Assembly: GCA_964481175.1 (NCBI GenBank)
Contig: CAYZSZ010000001.1
Coordinates: 1,602 to 65,601 of the forward strand
Reading direction: 5' to 3'
Source: an uncultured Candidatus Saccharibacteria bacterium
GTDB lineage: Bacteria; Patescibacteriota; Minisyncoccia; Phycocordibacterales; PALSA-1337
Length of the DNA stretch: 64,000 bases
The notes below the pieces were generated by a model that had not been told where the DNA came from, did not search any database, and saw only the letters and a list, made by a program, of their open reading frames with translations. Below are positions 19,301 through 27,919 of this stretch, piece by piece. The position numbers and the translations under genes are program-made. Each line of letters begins with the position of its first letter. Position 1 is the stretch's first letter.

Positions 19301-20523
19301 CACTTAAAACACCACTTCCAACCACTTCATTCACTGAGACTTTTACATTTACAGCAAGCGACGGGCGCCTAGCAAGTAACAACGCTACCATAACATTGCA
19401 GTACACAGTAACAGCTCCACCAAAATACAATCTTACTGTTTCAAAAACAGGGCAGGGCACAATACAAGGAACTGGTATTTCATGTGGAGTAGACTGTGCC
19501 GAACAAATAAATGCCGGTAGTGTTATTTCACTTCTTGCAATACCTGCTTCTGGATACACATTTAGTAGATGGACGGGCGACTGTACGAGCACCTCAATCT
19601 CTTGTTCGGTTACATTGGACAAGCCAAAGACTGTTAATGCAATCTTTGTTCTGGCTTTGAATCTAGACGCAGATGGAGACGGTATACTACTCCCACTAGA
19701 CAAATGTCCAAACACACTTCCTGCCGTTCGAAATCAAGTAAACCGTGCTGGATGTGTCCGACCAAAACTTACTAAGTTCACAACCAAACCAGTTGTAGAA
19801 GATGACATCAGTGCAGTTCCAAACGTTGAGCTCGGTATAAACAATGTTGGAAAAATCAAATTCAACACACCAGTAGCACTTACTCGCGAGAATGCTGTAA
19901 TCGACATAGACGCAAACGTTATTATTGAACAAGACAAAGTGGAGATTAAATCTTCAGTAATTCCTGAGCTCAACAGGCCAGCAACTATCACTCTCTACAA
20001 TATCGACGAAAAAAATCCTCGTATTCTGCGTGACGGCGTAGTCTGTTCTGAGCCGCAGTGTAAGATAGAGTCATTCTCAAATGGAACACTGGTCTTTACG
20101 GTTAGCGGCTTTTCGCTCTATACTGTAGAAGAGACTCCGGTCACTGCCACATCTACTCCTAACGTCGAAGAAAAACCAAAACGTAGAGGTGGTGGAGGGG
20201 GAGGGGGAGGCGGAGGTGCTCCAAAATCTGCAACCTCAAACGAAGAGTTGATCGCACAGCTTACTGCTCAACTCAACATGCTTATCGCCGAACTAAATAG
20301 ACTGACAGGCGGAAGCATGCTCACTTCAGACCTTACACAAGGTATGCGTGGAGCAGAGGTCACAAAATTACAAAACAAACTTACTGCAAAAGGATTCCCA
20401 GTAAGTTCTAGCGGATACTACGGAACACAGACAACAACAGCAGTAAAGAAATTTCAGACAAGTAAAGGCATCACACCGACAGGAAATGTAGGTCCCCTTA
20501 CTCGAGCTCAACTAAACAAATAA
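16306..20523 (+). CDS. giant secreted multidomain surface protein (domain order in evidence)
   Basis: Signal peptide; SGL/glucose-dehydrogenase-like beta-propeller ('HNGGALHFGKDGKLYVAVGDGG'); Ig/PKD-like domain; divergent trypsin-like domain ('ISPRHIIFAKHF', 'GDSGNPAF'); two InlB-B-type repeats ('GGINCGTNCSAQY...SGWSGDC', 'GISCGVDCAEQ...SRWTGDC'); thrombospondin-type-3 'DADGDGILLPLDKCPN'; Gly10 tract; C-terminal PG_binding_1-like domain. Confidence 0.7.
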   Translation: MKKLIPVILFSLLLPVFVVFAQTPAYKDMTYVSGFAPATSMEFAPDGRIFVAERGGKVRVIKNGQLLPTPFLTVSVALNGERGLSGITLDPNFRTNGYVYIYYTRANEPIKNRLSRFTVSATNPDVADPNSEKILIDDIGSDSGIHNGGALHFGKDGKLYVAVGDGGSFRANAQILTNLSGKILRINPDGTIPNDNPFIGYSLPGVRTEIWAFGFRNPFTFAVDPVSGKIYVNDVGETTWEEINILQRDGNYTWPRCEGPQNTGVGECADSDFQYPLYAYNHNKKGASITGAAFYKGDYYFGDMVLKVIRKMNSNNAVSDFISTSELPVDIDAGPDGNLYYLGYGGKVMKIVAQDTPINGLCAVTVVNICHSGTFTDLPDSATHALWSCVGSSGGTTASCSVPLSSNKLPTATITTPVVNAKYNAGQTISFSGTGTDPEDGTLPASAFSWSVVFHHNTHTHPFLGPITGKTGDSFVVPNTGELADDVWYRIYLTVTDSKGAKSEVYRDVYPNVVTLTFRTNPAGKNVTVDGQPQTTPYVVKSVVGMKRIISVDSQDFFEWSNNGAREQTITTPTTDTAYTASFSAPRPTSVVMQPYYGSGDLSIHMQKEVDDRIGGNMANATTKSLWYTRGSNTAAWEQNPFTFLRGNGIGIDLNGQSPWNSLGQYARSGTLISPRHIIFAKHFRLSAGTTVVFVDSTNRIVERTIEKVELAPDPLDIGVGLLNKDVPENIPFYPIISRSIWQQYLGNVGTNVDIPIIYLDLEDKIGVHVIKANALYSNSANLSHVKGTGKRAEFDEPIVLGDSGNPAFAIIGGQPVLLFTHFDFPFGPNFATHFDLINGLMTKLGGGYQLSTLDLSRFDTSVPKFTLTVSKPIGGTVIAAGGINCGTNCSAQYNKDTEVSLAADKATGYVFSGWSGDCTGTGLCTVKMDKAKTVTANFTVANTAPIAQNATFTFSGTSTTVALSASDAQNDSLTYTLSTLSTPKGTLTKVNETTYTYTLKTPLPTTSFTETFTFTASDGRLASNNATITLQYTVTAPPKYNLTVSKTGQGTIQGTGISCGVDCAEQINAGSVISLLAIPASGYTFSRWTGDCTSTSISCSVTLDKPKTVNAIFVLALNLDADGDGILLPLDKCPNTLPAVRNQVNRAGCVRPKLTKFTTKPVVEDDISAVPNVELGINNVGKIKFNTPVALTRENAVIDIDANVIIEQDKVEIKSSVIPELNRPATITLYNIDEKNPRILRDGVVCSEPQCKIESFSNGTLVFTVSGFSLYTVEETPVTATSTPNVEEKPKRRGGGGGGGGGGAPKSATSNEELIAQLTAQLNMLIAELNRLTGGSMLTSDLTQGMRGAEVTKLQNKLTAKGFPVSSSGYYGTQTTTAVKKFQTSKGITPTGNVGPLTRAQLNK

Positions 20524-21366
20524 ATGGCAAAAGACTTTTATAAAATTTTAGGGGTTGAAAAAAATGCTTCGCAAGACGAAATCAAAAAAGCATTTCGTAA
20601 ACTCGCGCACCAATATCATCCAGACAAAAACAAAGGTGATGATACAAAGTTCAAAGAAGTAAACGAAGCATACACCGTTCTATCAGACGAACAGAAGCGA
20701 AAGCAATACGACATGTACGGCAATACTGACGCTGGTTTTGGAGGATTCAATGGAGCTCAAGGCTTTGGCGGCTTTGATTTTTCTCAGTTCACACAAAATG
20801 GCCAATCATTTGAGTTTGATCTAGGAGATGTCTTCAATGATTTTTTTGGTGGAGCACGACGTCCTAGAAAAGGAAGAAACATCACCATCGATATCCAACT
20901 CACATTCAAAGAGGCCGCATTTGGAACAGAACGTGAGATTTCAAACGGTAAAGAAAAGATCACCGTAAAGATTCCATCAGGTATCAACAATGGCGAAGGA
21001 CTACGTGTAAGCGGCAAAGGAGAGACAGGAGAAGCTGGTCCAGGAGATCTCATCGTCCGTATCTGGGTTGCAGAGCACAAAACGCTTCGACGTGAGGGCT
21101 ACAATGTAATCACTCAAGTCAAAGTAAAACTTTCATTAGCACTTTTGGGTGGAGAAATAACAGTGGAATCGCTCGATGGAAACATCGAAGTAAAAGTGCC
21201 ACAAGGTGTCATCCACGGTGAAATGCTCCGTATAAAAGGAAAGGGAATACAGCACGAAAATGGCAAGCGTGGGGATATGTACGTGGCTATACTTATCGAT
21301 ATTCCTCGAAAACTCTCAAAATCAGCCACAAAGCTAGTTGAAGAATTAAAGAAAGAGGGTATATAA
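20524..21366 (+). CDS. dnaJ: J-domain co-chaperone, CbpA-like DnaJ without Cys-rich zinc finger
   Basis: J domain '[33 protein letters not shown]', G/F-rich linker, C-terminal substrate-binding domains, no CxxCxGxG repeats. Confidence 0.8.
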   Translation: MAKDFYKILGVEKNASQDEIKKAFRKLAHQYHPDKNKGDDTKFKEVNEAYTVLSDEQKRKQYDMYGNTDAGFGGFNGAQGFGGFDFSQFTQNGQSFEFDLGDVFNDFFGGARRPRKGRNITIDIQLTFKEAAFGTEREISNGKEKITVKIPSGINNGEGLRVSGKGETGEAGPGDLIVRIWVAEHKTLRREGYNVITQVKVKLSLALLGGEITVESLDGNIEVKVPQGVIHGEMLRIKGKGIQHENGKRGDMYVAILIDIPRKLSKSATKLVEELKKEGI

Positions 21367-21375
21367 TAGAGTGCA

Positions 21376-22287
21376 ATGAAAAAGATACTGCTCTCAGGAG
21401 TAAAACCGACTGGCCGTCCTCACTTAGGAAACTTTTTTGGTGCCATGAAGCAGTGGGTAAATTTACAGAACGATTATGAAATGTACGTCATGATCGCTGA
21501 TTATCATGCCCTCAACTTTATCCAGAATAAAGATGAAATGCTCTCTCAGACTGAAGAAATGATTAAAGACTATTTGGCAATCGGTCTCGATCCAGAAAAA
21601 GTCACTTTCTTTAAGCAATCTGATGTGAGCGCTCACACCGAGCTAGCTTGGATTTTTGACACCATCACCACAGTTCCGTATCTCATGCGTGCACATGCCT
21701 ACAAAGACAAAGATGGGGATGTGAGCGTAGGAACTTTTAACTATCCGATGCTCATGGCAGCAGATATTCTTTTGTATGACACCGACATTGTCCCTGTCGG
21801 CCAAGACCAAAAGCAACATATCGAAATCACTCGTGACACTGCAATAAAATTCAACAATGCATTTGGTGACGTATTTAAGCTTCCTGAAGAACTGATCCAA
21901 AAAGAAGTAGCGGTAGTTCCTGGCACCGATGGACGAAAGATGTCAAAGAGTTACAAAAACACAATTCCACTTTTCGCTACTTATGAAGAGATTCAAAAAG
22001 CGGTGATGAGTATCGTCACTGACTCTGGTGGAGACATCCCAAAGAACGTCTACGAAATACACAAACTCTTCGGAAACGTCGACCAGTTCTATGCAGAAAA
22101 TAAAGGCAAATACAAAGTCCTCAAAGAAAAACTGATCGAAGATATTGAGGCCTTCATAAAGCCCCTCCGCGAGCGACGAGAGAAAGTCAGTGTTCAAGGA
22201 GTCCTCGAGAAAGGAAAGGTCCGAGCAAAGGAAAGAGCCGACAGAAAACTAGAAGAAGTAAAAAAGGCCATCGGCGTCCTCAAATAA
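21376..22287 (+). CDS. trpS: tryptophan--tRNA ligase
   Basis: Class-I motifs 'TGRPHLGNF' (HIGH-like) and 'KMSKS' at 'RKMSKSYKN'; ~300 aa. Confidence 0.85.
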   Translation: MKKILLSGVKPTGRPHLGNFFGAMKQWVNLQNDYEMYVMIADYHALNFIQNKDEMLSQTEEMIKDYLAIGLDPEKVTFFKQSDVSAHTELAWIFDTITTVPYLMRAHAYKDKDGDVSVGTFNYPMLMAADILLYDTDIVPVGQDQKQHIEITRDTAIKFNNAFGDVFKLPEELIQKEVAVVPGTDGRKMSKSYKNTIPLFATYEEIQKAVMSIVTDSGGDIPKNVYEIHKLFGNVDQFYAENKGKYKVLKEKLIEDIEAFIKPLRERREKVSVQGVLEKGKVRAKERADRKLEEVKKAIGVLK

Positions 22288-22288
22288 C

Positions 22289-23008
22289 ATGTCATTCGTC
22301 ATCAAACACGAACAATTTGAAGGGCCCCTCGATTTACTCCTCACACTGATTGAGAAGCGAAAATTGTTTGTGAATGATATATCACTTGCCAAAGTGACTG
22401 ACGACTATGTTGCATATCTCCAGCAGAATTCTTTCACCATGGGTGACGCTGCGAGTTTTATCCTGATCGCCTCTACACTTCTTTTAATAAAGTCAAAGTC
22501 ACTTCTTCCAGCACTTACTCTAACCGAAGAAGAAACAAACGATGTGTCCGATCTACAAACTCGCCTGACACTGTATGAAATATATCGCCGTGCATCATAC
22601 AAAATCAAAGCGCTTTTTGGAAAAACAATCTTGTTTGCTCGCAACCGACCAAAAGTAATCGACCCAGTTTTTTCTCCTGACCAGTCGATGACGTTGAAAA
22701 ATCTGCACTTGGCAGTACTCAGTGTGCTCAATTCTCTCCCAAAGAAAGAAAAGCTACCCGAAGTAAAAGTAAAAAAGATCATGAGCCTCGAAGAGATGAT
22801 CGACAGTCTTTCTGGTCGCATTCAATCAAGCTTACGTATGAGCTTCAAAGATTTTTCTAAAACAAAAGAGCGTGTCGAGGTTATCGTGGGCTTTCTAGCA
22901 CTTTTGGAACTGGTAAAAAATGGCGTAGTGCAGGCCGAACAAAGCGAAACTTTCAGTGACATTCACATGGAGAGTAACAATATTGGAATTCCGCGGTATA
23001 ATGTCTAA
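22289..23008 (+). CDS. scpA: segregation and condensation protein A
   Basis: 'FEGPLDLLLTLIEKRKLFVNDISLAKVTDDYVAYL' is the ScpA N-terminal signature. Confidence 0.8.
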   Translation: MSFVIKHEQFEGPLDLLLTLIEKRKLFVNDISLAKVTDDYVAYLQQNSFTMGDAASFILIASTLLLIKSKSLLPALTLTEEETNDVSDLQTRLTLYEIYRRASYKIKALFGKTILFARNRPKVIDPVFSPDQSMTLKNLHLAVLSVLNSLPKKEKLPEVKVKKIMSLEEMIDSLSGRIQSSLRMSFKDFSKTKERVEVIVGFLALLELVKNGVVQAEQSETFSDIHMESNNIGIPRYNV

Positions 23009-23518
23009 ATGACACTTGATGCACGCATTGAGGCTATCCTCTTTTGGAAAGCGGAGCCTATCAAAATCTCAAAGCTGGCAAGTCTTCTCGACAAACAAGA
23101 GGGGGATATTCGTGATGCACTCGAGGACCTAAAAGAAAAGCTCGAAGAAAGAGGCGTAGCCTTAGTCGAATGGGAAGACGAAGTCACTCTCACCACAGCG
23201 CCTGGAGTGAGTGAGCTTATTGAGTCGATGACAAAAGAAGAGTTGATGAAAGACCTGGGGAAAGCAGGTCTCGAAACTCTATCGATTGTCCTCTACAAAG
23301 GACCTATCAGCCGGGCAGACATCGACTACGTAAGAGGGGTAAACTCTGCCTTTATCCTGAGAAACTTGGCTATACGGGGTCTTATCATAAAAGAAGAAAA
23401 CAAATACAAGCCGACGCTTGAGTTGATTTCTCATTTGGGTATTAAAAACATCGAAGAATTACCAGATAAAGAAAGCATACTGGCCGAGCTCGATAAAGCC
23501 TTAGAGATCCATGAATAA
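23009..23518 (+). CDS. scpB: segregation and condensation protein B
   Basis: Winged-helix ScpB 'IEAILFWKAEPIKISKLASLL'. Confidence 0.8.
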   Translation: MTLDARIEAILFWKAEPIKISKLASLLDKQEGDIRDALEDLKEKLEERGVALVEWEDEVTLTTAPGVSELIESMTKEELMKDLGKAGLETLSIVLYKGPISRADIDYVRGVNSAFILRNLAIRGLIIKEENKYKPTLELISHLGIKNIEELPDKESILAELDKALEIHE

Positions 23519-25205
23519 ATCTATATTTTCGATTCTCATAGCGATGCTCGTGTTGTTTATCGTATTTTCTATTGGCGTAAAGGAAAAAGTAAAGACACCC
23601 CTGGCAATCAAAACTGCTACGGTAGATTTCCAAAAAATCGATCCGCCGATTCTAACTGCGAGCTCTTCTATCGTGGTTATGTACACTGCATCTAGCTCAA
23701 AAGTCTTGTACGAAAAGAATCCAAACGAAGAGCTGCCGATCGCGAGTATCACAAAGCTTTTTACAGCATATGTTTCTTCCACCTCCGAACTTTTTCAGCC
23801 GATGCTCATCGAATCCAGCAATGATGCAGCTTTAAAGGTGACAAAGCCACGTACAGTCGAAACTATGAATGCGTTCGCACGTGGTGCAGGACTTACTCAT
23901 ACAACTTTCTTTAACACTGTTGGCACGGACCGACCGGGACCGAACGTCTCTAGTGCATCTGATGTTTCAAAAGCAGTATATGCAATGTACATGACTCAGC
24001 ACGGTCGTGAAATATTTGATATAAGCACCACAGTTACACCAAAAGCTACAAATAGATCACTCACCGACAAGCGAATCCCTTTTGAAATAGTCGGCGGTAA
24101 AACTGGCGAGACACCAAAAGCGGGACAGACGCTCACTCTTATAACCAAAGGACCAAACAATAGCTATTTAGTTTTTGTAGTACTCGGTTCAAAAGATCGT
24201 TTCGGGGACATGGTGACGCTCACAAACTGGGTTCATGATTCATTTTATCCAAAGCAAAAAGATCCATTACAAAAAATACAGTGGGTACTCGCAACAAGCA
24301 CTGCGGCCTGGGGTACTCGTGACGCACACTCTTTAGTTACTTTTAAAGACAAGATGTTCTTGATCGGTGGTGTAAATGGAAATGCAGTCGTTGATCCAAA
24401 TGGCATGGTTCGATACTGGGACGCACCCCACAAAAGCGATATTTGGGTTACAGAGGACGGTACAAATTGGAAGATGATTACCGACAAAGCACCGTGGAGC
24501 CAGCGACGTTCTGTCACTACCGCAGTGTTTAAAGACAAACTCTGGCTTATGGGTGGTTGGGATCAATACGGATTCAAATACGATAATCGTATTTGGTTTA
24601 CTGATGATGGAGTTACATGGACACTTGCCACTTCTACTAGCCCGCGTTGGGAGGGAAGAGAGGGACACACACTAAACGTACACGACGGCAAACTATGGTT
24701 GGTTGGTGGTGTGAACTTTGTAAAACGAACTACCTACAACGATGTTTGGTCATCCGAAGATGGCATAAACTGGAAACAAGTCACGGCAAACGCTCCTTGG
24801 TCACCTCGTTACGATCATGCTGTTTCTGTTTTCGACAATGAGTTGTATCTCACGGGTGGGCTACACATCGGCACACATACAACTGAGAGCGAAGTCTGGG
24901 TCAGCAAAGACGGACTCAACTGGGAGCACCGAGTACCTGAGTGGCCATCACGACTCGGACATATTTCTTATGTATTCAAAAATGCTTTGTGGATTACAGG
25001 AGGCTGGAATGCAACGGCTGATACAGGTATCAACGACACATGGTTTACGTATGATGGGGTAAAATGGCTAAAAACAGATACAGACGGTCCATGGATTGGT
25101 CGCGAAGACACTATGGGAGAAGTCTTTAAAAACAAAATGTGGCTTACAGGTGGGATGGACACAAACGAACACTGGAATAGCGATGTATACTATTCAAGTA
25201 TATGA
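23511..25205 (+). CDS. S11 D-Ala-D-Ala carboxypeptidase (PBP5-like) fused to C-terminal Kelch-type beta-propeller
   Basis: SxxK 'ASITK', SxN 'ESSND', KTG 'GGKTGET'. Followed by six repeats of '...W..R..H..V.F..KLWL.GG...'. Confidence 0.65.
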   Translation: MNKSIFSILIAMLVLFIVFSIGVKEKVKTPLAIKTATVDFQKIDPPILTASSSIVVMYTASSSKVLYEKNPNEELPIASITKLFTAYVSSTSELFQPMLIESSNDAALKVTKPRTVETMNAFARGAGLTHTTFFNTVGTDRPGPNVSSASDVSKAVYAMYMTQHGREIFDISTTVTPKATNRSLTDKRIPFEIVGGKTGETPKAGQTLTLITKGPNNSYLVFVVLGSKDRFGDMVTLTNWVHDSFYPKQKDPLQKIQWVLATSTAAWGTRDAHSLVTFKDKMFLIGGVNGNAVVDPNGMVRYWDAPHKSDIWVTEDGTNWKMITDKAPWSQRRSVTTAVFKDKLWLMGGWDQYGFKYDNRIWFTDDGVTWTLATSTSPRWEGREGHTLNVHDGKLWLVGGVNFVKRTTYNDVWSSEDGINWKQVTANAPWSPRYDHAVSVFDNELYLTGGLHIGTHTTESEVWVSKDGLNWEHRVPEWPSRLGHISYVFKNALWITGGWNATADTGINDTWFTYDGVKWLKTDTDGPWIGREDTMGEVFKNKMWLTGGMDTNEHWNSDVYYSSI

Positions 25206-26293
25206 CAAAGAGAATTGATTCTTTATATCTAACTTCTGTAATTCTTATTACCGTGTTTGGTTTTGTTACTTTCTTTTCGGCTTCTTTTGGTTTACTTGTA
25301 AAAGATGACGCACTTGCAAACTCAGTGCTCTTTAATCAAAGCATTGGTCTCCTCTTGGGAATAATCGCATTCTTTGTTGCGTCTCGAGTAAACTATTTAT
25401 TTTACCGAAAACATGCCTTGGCTATTTTTGCTGCCACGCTATGCGTAAACGTTCTTTTGTTTATACCGAGCCTGACACTAAAGCACGGTGGTGCATCTCG
25501 TTGGCTAGACTTTAGATATTTTACTATTCAACCATCTGAACTTTTAAAAATTGGTTTTATCATATACCTCGGTGGCTGGCTTGCATTTGTCAAAACAAAA
25601 ATTGAAAGCATCAAATTTGGAATCGCACCATTTCTTTGTATTATCGGCATTGTCTCGATTTTGCTACTCGCACAGTCTGATACAGACACCCTAGTCGTGA
25701 TCGGACTTACTGGGATTACTATGCTTTTTGTGGCTGGAGCAAAGATACGACATATCGCTTTAATCGGTCTTTTAGCAGTCATTTTCTTGTCAGCTATCAT
25801 TATGGTGCGACCGTATGCTAGACAGCGTGTAATGACCTATTTAAACCCAAATAATGACCCTCAGGGCTCTAGTTACCAGATACAGCAGTCACTTATCGCC
25901 ATCGGTTCAGGAGGACTTACAGGGCGCGGTTTTGGTCAAAGTATTCAAAAGTTCAGCTATCTGCCAGAGCCAGTAGGGGACTCTATATTTGCTGTTGCCG
26001 CAGAAGAGTTTGGATTTATCGGTATGTTTATTATGTTGTGTTTATATGTATTTTTTGTTCAAAGAACGTTTAAAATCGCCGCACGAGCACCAGATACATT
26101 TAGTAGACTAGTGGTCCTCGGAATTGGTATACTAGTCGTAGTTGAGTCATTTATGAATATCAGTGCCATGCTAGGAGTGATACCCCTTACCGGTCAGCCA
26201 CTACTGTTTGTGAGTCACGGTGGAACGGCTTTGGCTATCATCCTCGGAGCATCTGGTATCATTGCAAATATCTCAAGATACCAACAACGATGA
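25202..26293 (+). CDS. ftsW: SEDS-family peptidoglycan glycosyltransferase (FtsW/RodA)
   Basis: Ten-TM SEDS protein with 'LPEPVGDSIFAVAAEEFGFIG' motif. Confidence 0.85.
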   Translation: MTKRIDSLYLTSVILITVFGFVTFFSASFGLLVKDDALANSVLFNQSIGLLLGIIAFFVASRVNYLFYRKHALAIFAATLCVNVLLFIPSLTLKHGGASRWLDFRYFTIQPSELLKIGFIIYLGGWLAFVKTKIESIKFGIAPFLCIIGIVSILLLAQSDTDTLVVIGLTGITMLFVAGAKIRHIALIGLLAVIFLSAIIMVRPYARQRVMTYLNPNNDPQGSSYQIQQSLIAIGSGGLTGRGFGQSIQKFSYLPEPVGDSIFAVAAEEFGFIGMFIMLCLYVFFVQRTFKIAARAPDTFSRLVVLGIGILVVVESFMNISAMLGVIPLTGQPLLFVSHGGTALAIILGASGIIANISRYQQR

Positions 26294-27417
26294 AAATATT
26301 ACTTACAGGAGGCAGCACGGGCGGTCACTTTTATCCACTCATCGCAGTGGCTGAATCTCTCTATGATCGCGCACTTCAAAAGAAAATTATCAAGCCAGAG
26401 ATCTGGTACATGGATTCCTCAAAGTACAATCCACGAGCTTTGTTTGATAACGACATTCAGTTTATAGAAGTTCCGGCCGGAAAACTCCGCCGCTATTTTT
26501 CGTTCTTAAACTTTACCGATTTGTTTAAAACTGCTATCGGTATCGTCCTCGCCCTTATCAATATGTGGAAGCTATACCCAGATGTTGTCTTTGGAAAGGG
26601 AGGCTACTCTAGCTTTCCAGCCTTAGTCGCTGCTCGCTTTTTTGGAATACCTGTGGTCATCCACGAGTCAGACAGCAGACCAGGTAGGGTCAACGCATGG
26701 GCAGGAAAATTTGCAAAACGCATTGCAGTATCATATCCAGACGCTGCTGAGTATTTTGATAGCTCAAAAGTCGCATATACTGGCAACCCAATCAGACGCG
26801 AAATACGTATTCCTCTAAATGAGGGCTCGCATGAGCAGCTCGGCATCGACAAAACTATCCCAACACTCTTGATCTTGGGAGGATCACAGGGTTCACAACT
26901 TATCAATGACGTGATTCTCGATTCACTTCCTGTTCTTTTGGAAAAATACAATATCATCCACCAAACTGGTAGAAAAAACTTTGCTGAAGTTACGAGAACT
27001 GCAGGAGTTATCCTCGCAAACAACAAAAACAGCAATCGCTACAAACCTCTCGATTATCTAAACGATCTTACTATCCGTCTCACTTCAGGAGCTGCTGACT
27101 TGATCGTTTCACGAGCAGGTTCTACCATATTTGAGATAGCAGCATGGCAAAAGCCAAGCATCGTAATACCGATTTCACCAGCAGTGAGCCATGACCAAAC
27201 AAAAAATGCATTTTCATACGCTCGTGCTGGAGCTTGCAAGGTGATTGAAGAGCACAATCTTACGACACACGTATTTATTGCCGAAGTTGAAAACCTTATG
27301 TCTAATCCAGCAGAACGAAAGCAATTGGCAGACAATGCGGGCAAGTTTGCTCGCCTCGATAGTGGGGACAAAATAGCCGATGTTTTGCTCGAAATAGCCC
27401 TCGAACACGAAAAGTAA
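26290..27417 (+). CDS. murG: UDP-GlcNAc:undecaprenyl-PP-MurNAc-pentapeptide GlcNAc transferase MurG
   Basis: 'ILLTGGSTGGHFYPLIAVAESL' N-terminus and GT28 C-terminal domain. Confidence 0.85.
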   Translation: MKILLTGGSTGGHFYPLIAVAESLYDRALQKKIIKPEIWYMDSSKYNPRALFDNDIQFIEVPAGKLRRYFSFLNFTDLFKTAIGIVLALINMWKLYPDVVFGKGGYSSFPALVAARFFGIPVVIHESDSRPGRVNAWAGKFAKRIAVSYPDAAEYFDSSKVAYTGNPIRREIRIPLNEGSHEQLGIDKTIPTLLILGGSQGSQLINDVILDSLPVLLEKYNIIHQTGRKNFAEVTRTAGVILANNKNSNRYKPLDYLNDLTIRLTSGAADLIVSRAGSTIFEIAAWQKPSIVIPISPAVSHDQTKNAFSYARAGACKVIEEHNLTTHVFIAEVENLMSNPAERKQLADNAGKFARLDSGDKIADVLLEIALEHEK

Positions 27418-27420
27418 TTG

Positions 27421-27429
27421 TGGTATAAT
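27421..27429 (+). promoter_or_regulatory. extended -10 promoter element TGGTATAAT
   Basis: Perfect TGnTATAAT about 30 nt upstream of the ORF at 27458. Confidence 0.35.
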
Positions 27430-27457
27430 AGGCACATTACTAGTTTAATTTAAAACT

Positions 27458-27910
27458 ATGGAAACAACACAAGGCGTAGCAACATGGCAGTGGGTCGTTT
27501 CAGTTCTTGTTGTCATTGGACTCATCGTCCTCGGTGTATATTTTTTCACCGGTGACAGCAAAAACAGCACAGAAACTCCTACCACAAATTCTCCTGCACT
27601 CAATGGCACAGAACAGAACCGTCTCATCGTCACTGATCAGTTCCCAGGTGACATCGTGTACGTCACTACAGTTCAGCTTGCAAAACCAGGCTTAGTAGCG
27701 ATTACAAAAGACGTAGCAGGAAAAGCAGGTGCAGTTATCGGGACACAACCGTTTGAAAAAGGCATTACTACAGGAAAGGTCACTTTGACCGAGCCTACAC
27801 TCAGTGGTTCTACGTATCATGCAGTACTGTATTACTCTGATGCAAAAGACACAGTCTTGATCGACAAGACATTCAAAGCTCGAACCGACCTCCCAGAAGA
27901 TAAAGGATAA
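27458..27910 (+). CDS. membrane-anchored extracytoplasmic protein, hypothetical
   Basis: N-terminal TM helix 'WQWVVSVLVVIGLIVLGVYFF' followed by a Thr/Val-rich beta-like domain. Confidence 0.45.
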   Translation: METTQGVATWQWVVSVLVVIGLIVLGVYFFTGDSKNSTETPTTNSPALNGTEQNRLIVTDQFPGDIVYVTTVQLAKPGLVAITKDVAGKAGAVIGTQPFEKGITTGKVTLTEPTLSGSTYHAVLYYSDAKDTVLIDKTFKARTDLPEDKG

Positions 27911-27919
27911 TAACCATTC

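Noticed and set aside
18981-19932. Minus-strand ORFs (244 aa, 78 aa, 85 aa) inside the giant surface-protein gene
   Set aside because: Shadow ORFs of a long Thr/Val-rich coding region on the opposite strand.
20189-20220. GGN repeat tract encoding Gly10, as a possible phase-variable simple sequence repeat
   Set aside because: Codons are mixed (ggt/gga/ggg/ggc), not a perfect homopolymer or unit repeat, so slipped-strand switching is unlikely; more likely a flexible linker.
27418-27429. Shared TTGTGGTATAA motif at 13001-13012 and 27418-27429 as a specific regulatory box
   Set aside because: More simply explained as two extended -10 promoters of the general TGnTATAAT form; too short to claim a dedicated regulator site.
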